64,000 bases of DNA from an uncultured Phycisphaeraceae bacterium. Lineage in GTDB: Bacteria > Planctomycetota > Phycisphaerae > Phycisphaerales > UBA1924. A model generated the notes under the pieces. That model had not been told where the DNA came from. It was given only the letters and a program-made list of their open reading frames with translations, and searched no databases. Positions within the stretch are counted from its first letter, which is position 1. Each line of letters starts with the position of its first letter. Position numbers and translations under genes: made by a program. This document shows positions 58,636 through 64,000 of the stretch, in pieces. The stretch covers positions 144,013 through 208,012 of the forward strand of contig CAZAEQ010000002.1 in the NCBI GenBank assembly GCA_964484185.1, given 5' to 3'.

Positions 58636-60442
58636 TAGTCGTCTCCTTGGGTTTCGGTTTCCAGGTCTGTGGTTGGGGCAGTTGGTGAGGATACTGGTAT
58701 CGGTGCGGCGGTCGGAGCTGGTGCAGAAACCGCGGGTTTCCGCGGCTGGACACTGACGATACGGGCCCCGAAGAGTTCAGTTGCACGCTTGATGAGCGGA
58801 TTGGATTCAACCTGGCTCATTGATTGGGCGGCGGCGGTTTCGGCAGTTGATGCGGTAGATGTAGCGGCGGGCGTGCTGACGCCGGAATCGACGATCTCAA
58901 TTTTCAGGCGGCGGCCGATGATGTTTATGAGTGCCGATTCGATGTCCGCTTCGCTGGCCTGGGCGAGTTCGAAACATTCGTGGGGCGCGGAGATTGTCAC
59001 CGTGGTTTGTGTGACCAGGTCGAGCGTGAGTTTTGAGAGCAGCGATTTTTGTGAGCGGCCCGAAGTCATTGCGATGAGGCGAGCCCAGATTTCAGCAGTG
59101 TTCGCGGCGGGTGCTGCCGGTGCCGCGGGCGTCACAGGTTTTGGCGCGTGAACCGGAGCGACAACTGGCGCGGGGGTCGGTGCGTTCTGGCGAACGTGCT
59201 CGATAAGTTTGGCCGCAGGCGCAGCGATAGCTGGTTCTTTGAGCGTGAATGATGGGGGCTTTTCGGCGGGTGCGATGGTCTCTGGTTCAGCGCCCGCCGT
59301 TATGCTTTTTTTGAGGCGGAACCTGCGAGAGCGGGTTTGCCACCAGAAAGTTCTCGCGTCAGAGCTGTGACATCAGCGATTTTTTCGCTCATGGACATGC
59401 GGGCGATGACAGCATCGAGAAGTGCACGCGGGGCGGCGGATTGTTTGGCGTTGCGCTGGGCGTTTTCGCAAAGGGCAATCATGTGAACCAGGCCAGCTCC
59501 ATCGAATCGCGAGGCCAGTTTGATTTCGGCATCGCGATTTTCATCGGAGAGTTCGACCACAGTCGTATTTGGTCCGCACGCGGCGATGACAAGCAGATCG
59601 CGGAAGCGCGAGAGGAGGGCTTCAAAGAGTTGATCGATGGATATGCCGCGGGAGAGGAAGTTGTCGGTGTTTTCGAGGGCGGTTTTGGTGTTGCCGTCAG
59701 CAAATGAGGCGATGAGCTGGGAGAGAAGTGTGCGGTTGGGGAGGCCCAGGAGTTCTTCGAGAAGTTTGAGCGTCAGCTTTTTCTCGCCGGCGGCCATGAG
59801 GCGGTCCAGGAGCGAGAGACCATCGCGCATGGAACCATCGGCGAGGCGGGCGACCTGGTGGATGAGCTCGGGCTCAGCGCTGAGGCCTTCCTTCTTAATA
59901 ACGGCGGCGAGGTGTTTACCGATTTCACTGGTGGGAATATTGCGGAAATCGAACCGCTGGCAGCGTGACTGGATGGTGGCCGGGACTTTGTGGATTTCGG
60001 TGGTGCAGAGGATGAACTTGACGTGCTCGGGCGGCTCTTCCATTGTCTTGAGCAGTGCGTTGAACGCGGCGTTCGAGAGCATGTGAACTTCGTCGATGAT
60101 GTAGATTTTGTATGGGCCGCGGAGTGGGCGGTAGGCGGCGTTGGCGATGAGTTCGCGGGTGTTGTCTACGCCGCTGTTGGATGCGGCGTCGATTTCGATG
60201 ACATCGGTGTCGCGGCCCTGCATGATCATTTCATCAACTTCGGGATTGCCGCCGTTGAGGGCTTTTGCGAAGATGCGGGCGGTAGAAGTTTTTCCTACGC
60301 CGCGGGTTCCGGTGAAGATGTAGCCGTGTGCGACGCGATTGGACTCGATGGCGTTTTTGAGCGTGCGCGCGATGGGTTCTTGCCCAATGAGGTCGTCAAA
60401 GGAGCGGGAGCGGTATCGGCGTGCGAGAGCGACGTAGGCCAT
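58635..60442 (-). CDS. dnaX: DNA polymerase III subunits gamma/tau (DnaX). The 0-frame ORF gives a 380-aa gamma-like product; the full-length tau requires a -1 shift at an A7 run.
   Basis: N-terminal AAA+ region (GYIFTGTRGVGKTSTARIFAKALN, IYIIDEVHML, SRCQRFDF). The 0-frame stops two codons after the A7 run at 59306-59312. The -1 frame is open from there to 58635 and encodes a Pro/Ala-rich linker plus a C-terminal domain. Confidence 0.85.
59266..59312 (-). other. Putative programmed -1 ribosomal frameshift (or transcriptional-slippage) cassette in dnaX: A AAA AAA slippery run, 7-nt spacer, downstream hairpin
   Basis: In the mRNA sense: ...GCC UCA AAA AAA GCA UAA, then the hairpin GGCGGGCGC-(16 nt loop)-GCACCCGCC (plus-strand 59266-59298, 8 of 9 pairs). 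Same layout as the E. coli dnaX recoding signal. Confidence 0.55.
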
Positions 60443-60560
60443 AGGGGAGGAGGGTAAGGGGTGGGAGAGAGCGAGGAACCTGCAAAACTTAGCTCAGGAA
60501 TTGCAAAAAGCAAGATCGAACAATCGACGGAAGTCTTTATTTTACAATGCGTTACGACTT

Positions 60561-60582
60561 ATGGTCATAAAAATGGTCATAA
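60561..60582. promoter_or_regulatory. Direct repeat ATGGTCATAA-AA-ATGGTCATAA about 40 bp upstream of the first gene of the low-GC island; candidate operator
   Basis: Direct reading; the surrounding region is AT-rich. Confidence 0.3.
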
Positions 60583-60622
60583 TTTCCACATGGTTTTCCG
60601 GTTTGTGGTATCATCTTGGCTT

Positions 60623-61246
60623 ATGCAAGCACTTAGAACCATCGTATCCCGTGAGCAAGCCAGGGTGGCACTTCAGCCGTATGCCAATCTCCTTGAAGAA
60701 AAGATGGCGGAGGCCTTTCAGACTGTTCAGGATATGCTGAGCAGTGATCCGGAATATCGCCTCTTGGTCGATTCGAGCATTCAGGCCGCGATGGTCTACA
60801 GGAAGTTCGTCACACTGCTTGAAAGCTCGCTAATTGGCGATCCCAAAGTAACGATCAAACGAGTTGGACGAATGGTCATGTTTTACTTTGGATCGAAGAT
60901 CAGATTGCGATTTAAGAAATTTGACCCCAATCTGCGCAGTGCAAATGTTCGTACTAAGCATCAGGAAGGAATCTATCACCAGCTAGTTATTCCTGGCCTT
61001 GATAATGATCTCACAGATTTGACGTTTGGCTATCTTCCAGACAGAGTTGGCAAATCGATTATTGGAATTTATGTCACTTGCCCAAGAGATTGGAAACTCA
61101 ACCATTGGAGAATTGAGTTCAGGGACCCCATGATGGGCCAGAATCTGTTTACCACTTCCACGCCACCCGCAAATCCAATACCTGTTGTCGATCTTCCGAT
61201 CATTCGCCCCAAGACTGCTGGCAGAAGGAAAGTTGTTGGCGAATGA
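60623..61246 (+). CDS. Hypothetical protein (207 aa), first gene of a coupled pair with the HTH-ImmA/IrrE gene
   Basis: The ATG at 60623 (MQALRTIVS) is preferred over the upstream GTG-initiated extension. The stop overlaps the next start (ATGA). No recognisable domain. Confidence 0.5.
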   Translation: MQALRTIVSREQARVALQPYANLLEEKMAEAFQTVQDMLSSDPEYRLLVDSSIQAAMVYRKFVTLLESSLIGDPKVTIKRVGRMVMFYFGSKIRLRFKKFDPNLRSANVRTKHQEGIYHQLVIPGLDNDLTDLTFGYLPDRVGKSIIGIYVTCPRDWKLNHWRIEFRDPMMGQNLFTTSTPPANPIPVVDLPIIRPKTAGRRKVVGE

Positions 61247-62301
61247 GTAAATTTAACTCTGAAATGCTGCGTCTCGCATGTGATTTGCGGGATATCACGC
61301 AGACACAACTGGCAGAATTGTGTGAGATAAATCAAAGCCATATTTCGAGGATTATGCACGGAGAGAAGGAACCAGCGGGTAGTGTCCTGGAAAAGTTTTC
61401 TGAGACTCTGCGTTTCCCCATTTCCTTCTTCTTTCAAGACGGAAACTATTCTGGACTGGGTGTAAGCGTCGTTTACTTTCGCAAGAGAGCTGGTAGTTTG
61501 GTGAAACATCTTCGTCGAGTGCAGGCGGAGGTGACGGTTCGCCGTTTACAAATTCAACGTCTTTTGCGTGAGCTCGAGATTGTCCCCGGAGCGAGAACGT
61601 TTCGATTCATGGACATAGATGATTATCACGGAAAGGCCGATCATGTTGCGGGACTACTGCGTGCAAGTTGGTCACTCCCACTGGGCCCGATTCCAAATCT
61701 GATAGGAACAATTGAGAGCGCGGGAGGGATTGTTTTCGTGTTCCCGTTTGGAACTACAGACATAGATGCCATCGCACAGTGGCCCGACGATTTGGGCAGG
61801 CCGCTTTTCTTTGTGAACAAGGAAGCCCCAGCCGACCGCGCACGGTTTTCTCTCGCACACGAACTGGGACATATGACAATGCACAGATCGGCCACGGCAG
61901 AAATGGAAGGGGAAGCAGACCGATTCGCCGCAGAATTCCTAATGCCTGCAAGAGAAATCGCTCCACAACTATCCGGACTTACATTGGATAAAGCCGCCGC
62001 GCTGAAGTCCTACTGGCGCGTGTCGATGGCTGCCATCATCCGACGGGCGAAAGACTTGGGGCGTATTACTCCAAACGAATATCTCCGGCTTGTAAAGCGC
62101 ATGAGCGCCCTGGGGTATTCCAAGCAAGAGCCAGTACGAATCGAAGGCGAATCCCCAAGACTTGTTACGAGCATTCTCGATTCATACCAAATGACGAACG
62201 GCTATAGCATTTCTGATCTTGCTCGGTTGAACGCAGTTTTTGAGGATGATTTCCGATCTCGCTACATATCCGCTGATACCGGCCTTCGTTTAGCAACTTA
62301 G
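61243..62301 (+). CDS. XRE-family HTH fused to an ImmA/IrrE-family zinc metallopeptidase (COG2856-like)
   Basis: N-terminal HTH (ITQTQLAELCEINQSHISRIMHGEKEP) and a metallopeptidase HEXXH motif (FSLAHELGHMTMH) with downstream E (EADRFAAEFLMP). Confidence 0.85.
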   Translation: MSKFNSEMLRLACDLRDITQTQLAELCEINQSHISRIMHGEKEPAGSVLEKFSETLRFPISFFFQDGNYSGLGVSVVYFRKRAGSLVKHLRRVQAEVTVRRLQIQRLLRELEIVPGARTFRFMDIDDYHGKADHVAGLLRASWSLPLGPIPNLIGTIESAGGIVFVFPFGTTDIDAIAQWPDDLGRPLFFVNKEAPADRARFSLAHELGHMTMHRSATAEMEGEADRFAAEFLMPAREIAPQLSGLTLDKAAALKSYWRVSMAAIIRRAKDLGRITPNEYLRLVKRMSALGYSKQEPVRIEGESPRLVTSILDSYQMTNGYSISDLARLNAVFEDDFRSRYISADTGLRLAT

Positions 62302-62336
62302 GAACGCTTTGGAACAACTCATTTCAGGGATGAGCA

Positions 62337-62564
62337 ATGACACAATACGGCAATCTCGGCGGAACTTCCGGTGTCGCTGCGTTTGACATCGGTCCAGCCC
62401 ACATTACGGTTCTCTTCCGTTGCGGCAAGGAATATCTCTACGACTACTCCTCAAACGGCAAAACCAACGTGGAAAGCATGAAATCGCTTGCGCAGTCCGG
62501 CAAGGGTCTAAACACCTTCATGAACAAGTCGCTCAATGGAAAATTTGCCCGCAGGCTTCGGTAA
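62337..62564 (+). CDS. KTSC-domain protein (75 aa)
   Basis: VAAFDIGPAHITVLFRCGKEYLYDYSSNGKTNVESMKSLAQSGKGLNTFMNK fits the KTSC pattern. Confidence 0.6.
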   Translation: MTQYGNLGGTSGVAAFDIGPAHITVLFRCGKEYLYDYSSNGKTNVESMKSLAQSGKGLNTFMNKSLNGKFARRLR

Positions 62565-62589
62565 CTGGAACCTCTTCTAGCTCACTAGC

Positions 62590-62628
62590 GTCAATTGACA
62601 GTGCGCCCTGAAACCTGAGTCTCAGGTT
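62590..62628. promoter_or_regulatory. Two palindromes (GTCAATTGAC; AACCTGAG-T-CTCAGGTT) just upstream of the Abi-alpha gene
   Basis: Direct reading: 62590-62599 and 62612-62628. Confidence 0.3.
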
Positions 62629-62644
62629 ACCCAACAATGGTCTC

Positions 62645-63301
62645 ATGGACCCCTCTGACTCATTAGTAGTTTGTGGTACCGCCGCTGGTGCCGGACCTAC
62701 CGCAACAATTCTCGCAAAGCAGGCAAGCGAACTAATGGGCTTGCTTTTGGGCCCCATCGCTACTGAGCTCGGTCTCGCGGGTCAAGACGCGATACGTATG
62801 TGGCGACTTAAAAACCAAGTTGGGATGCTCGAACGCGCGCGAGCAATTTGCCACAAGGCGGGAATTCCGTTTTCCAACGGCACAATGGCCCTCGTGTTTC
62901 CGTTAATTGACGCAGTGGGAAATGTTGATGATCCCACACTTCAGGAACTCTGGGCACAGCTTCTCGCGCGGGGTCTGCACTCGCCGAACAGCATACATCC
63001 AGCGTTTGTCGAAGTATTGAAGCAACTTTCGGCAAAGGATGCCGAGTTGCTTCGACACGCGTCTCGGTTTTCTGGCACATTTCCGCCACCGATAAATGAA
63101 ACCATGCAAAGCGTGGAGATAAACGCCAACTCGCTTAGCAGACTAGGAATATTTACATTTTCAACGACAGGCTGTAGTGATGCAGAGGATTGGGATTCAC
63201 TCCATGGGGGGCCGCGAGTAATGCTAAACGGAATCACAATGGAATTGAGTCCGTTTGGGAGAGCCCTATGTACTGCACTTGATCTTACTACCGCTCGTTG
63301 A
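62645..63301 (+). CDS. Abi-alpha (DUF4393) family abortive-infection protein
   Basis: LQELWAQLLARGLHSPNSIHPAFVEVLKQLSAKDAELLRHAS matches the conserved Abi-alpha core. Confidence 0.7.
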   Translation: MDPSDSLVVCGTAAGAGPTATILAKQASELMGLLLGPIATELGLAGQDAIRMWRLKNQVGMLERARAICHKAGIPFSNGTMALVFPLIDAVGNVDDPTLQELWAQLLARGLHSPNSIHPAFVEVLKQLSAKDAELLRHASRFSGTFPPPINETMQSVEINANSLSRLGIFTFSTTGCSDAEDWDSLHGGPRVMLNGITMELSPFGRALCTALDLTTAR

Positions 63302-63343
63302 AACAAAGAGGCTTTCGGCGCAGCTGAGTGTCCCTTCATCAGG

Positions 63344-64000
63344 TCACGGGGCTGGAGTGGCGGCTCTAACAACAGCGATCTCGTTTTCACTTAGCCCGTA
63401 AAGTTCGTAGACAAGTTCGTCAATTTGTCTATCTATCGCATCAATCTCGCGCCGGATTTGCTCTTGCCTTTGCGGCAACGTTTCAGAACTGGCTTTCGAC
63501 TGCAAGAGAAGCATTGCGTCCACCAGTCCGATCACGCGCGCGGTGGGCTTTGGTTTTTCAGTCCATTTAGGAAGCGGCATCGATCGGAGCTCCGCAACGC
63601 GAATCTCAGGAAACGTTTTCTCGGTTCGGTTGTATCGCTTGCGAAAGTAATACGCAGTTAATGAACTTCCCAGACACGCAGCCAAGAAACGATAATCACA
63701 ATTACTGTCTGGCCTGGGTTTCACTGTGTGCAGCAGTTGATCTGCGATAGCGGTTTCTCGCGTCGGACACAAAATCAAGCGTGTACCGACAATTCGACGA
63801 ACCAAAATCCGCTCACCCTCAAACAGATCAAAGGTCCTCGGTTCAGCGAGATGGGGACCCCAGAAAAGCAGCGTTCTAGGGGTTCCAACCAAATATCTAT
63901 TAACTGTCTCGCCTCGAAGGTACGGATAGTCGTCTTTGGAATGGGACTTCTGCCGCTCGAACAGTTTCTGAGCGGCTTCCGGTCCCTTCTGTGGTGGCCG
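63344..64000 (-). CDS. C-terminal part (TaqI_C-like target-recognition domain) of a large N6-adenine DNA methyltransferase or type IIG restriction-modification / BREX PglX-like enzyme; the 5' end lies beyond the window
   Basis: The reading frame is open to the window end (…DDYPYLRGETVNRYLVGTP…). It carries the family-typical YPYLRGETVNRY (lysine-rich loop then RY) and the C-terminal ELYGLSENEIAVV motif. Confidence 0.6.
   Translation of the reverse strand, partial: RPPQKGPEAAQKLFERQKSHSKDDYPYLRGETVNRYLVGTPRTLLFWGPHLAEPRTFDLFEGERILVRRIVGTRLILCPTRETAIADQLLHTVKPRPDSNCDYRFLAACLGSSLTAYYFRKRYNRTEKTFPEIRVAELRSMPLPKWTEKPKPTARVIGLVDAMLLLQSKASSETLPQRQEQIRREIDAIDRQIDELVYELYGLSENEIAVVRAATPAP

Noticed and set aside
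63344-63892. Treating the 182-aa ORF as a complete small gene.
   Set aside because: The reading frame continues with no stop to coordinate 64000 and the called start is a TTG. It is the C-terminal fragment of a much larger methyltransferase-family gene.

Overview
The window is a high-GC chromosomal segment that looks Planctomycetota-like. The evidence is a DUF1559 protein with a prepilin-type N-terminal methylation motif, many FTLIE/FSLVE pseudopilins, a membrane Ser/Thr kinase, and lysine-rich or low-complexity inserts in housekeeping proteins. Most of the window is core metabolism and housekeeping. Recognisable genes are uvrA, mutY, purM, purE/purK, sucC, plsY, rsmE, rlmN, miaA, der, dnaX, ybaB and a cdaA-like diadenylate cyclase. 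There is also an ECF sigma/anti-sigma/VIT-VWA operon, a sigma-54 activator, an MscS channel, a flotillin-like protein, an S9 peptidase, an MsbA-like ABC exporter, and a type IV pilus-like cluster (pilT, gspF/pilC, pseudopilins and a giant PilX-like protein). Three regions look accessory. The first is a REP-flanked IS200-like tyrosine transposase (RAYT) at 11.7-12.5 kb. The second is a lower-GC insertion at about 43.6-49.6 kb carrying a RecQ helicase fused to a ComF-like phosphoribosyltransferase next to a full-length DprA/Smf-like protein, a PsyrTA/RqlHI-like toxin-antitoxin or defence pair, beside a membrane Ser/Thr kinase. The third is a low-GC island starting right after dnaX (60.4 kb to the window end). 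It holds an unknown 207-aa protein translationally coupled to an XRE-HTH/ImmA-IrrE metallopeptidase fusion, a KTSC protein, an Abi-alpha abortive-infection protein and the C-terminus of a TaqI_C-type DNA methyltransferase (type IIG restriction-modification or BREX-like). Other noteworthy points are an apparent programmed -1 frameshift in dnaX (A7 slippery run plus a downstream hairpin), a serpin gene wedged antisense between purE and purK, and an 806-aa tandem-repeat protein with calcium-loop-like DxNxNGxWD motifs. No rRNA, tRNA or CRISPR array was seen.
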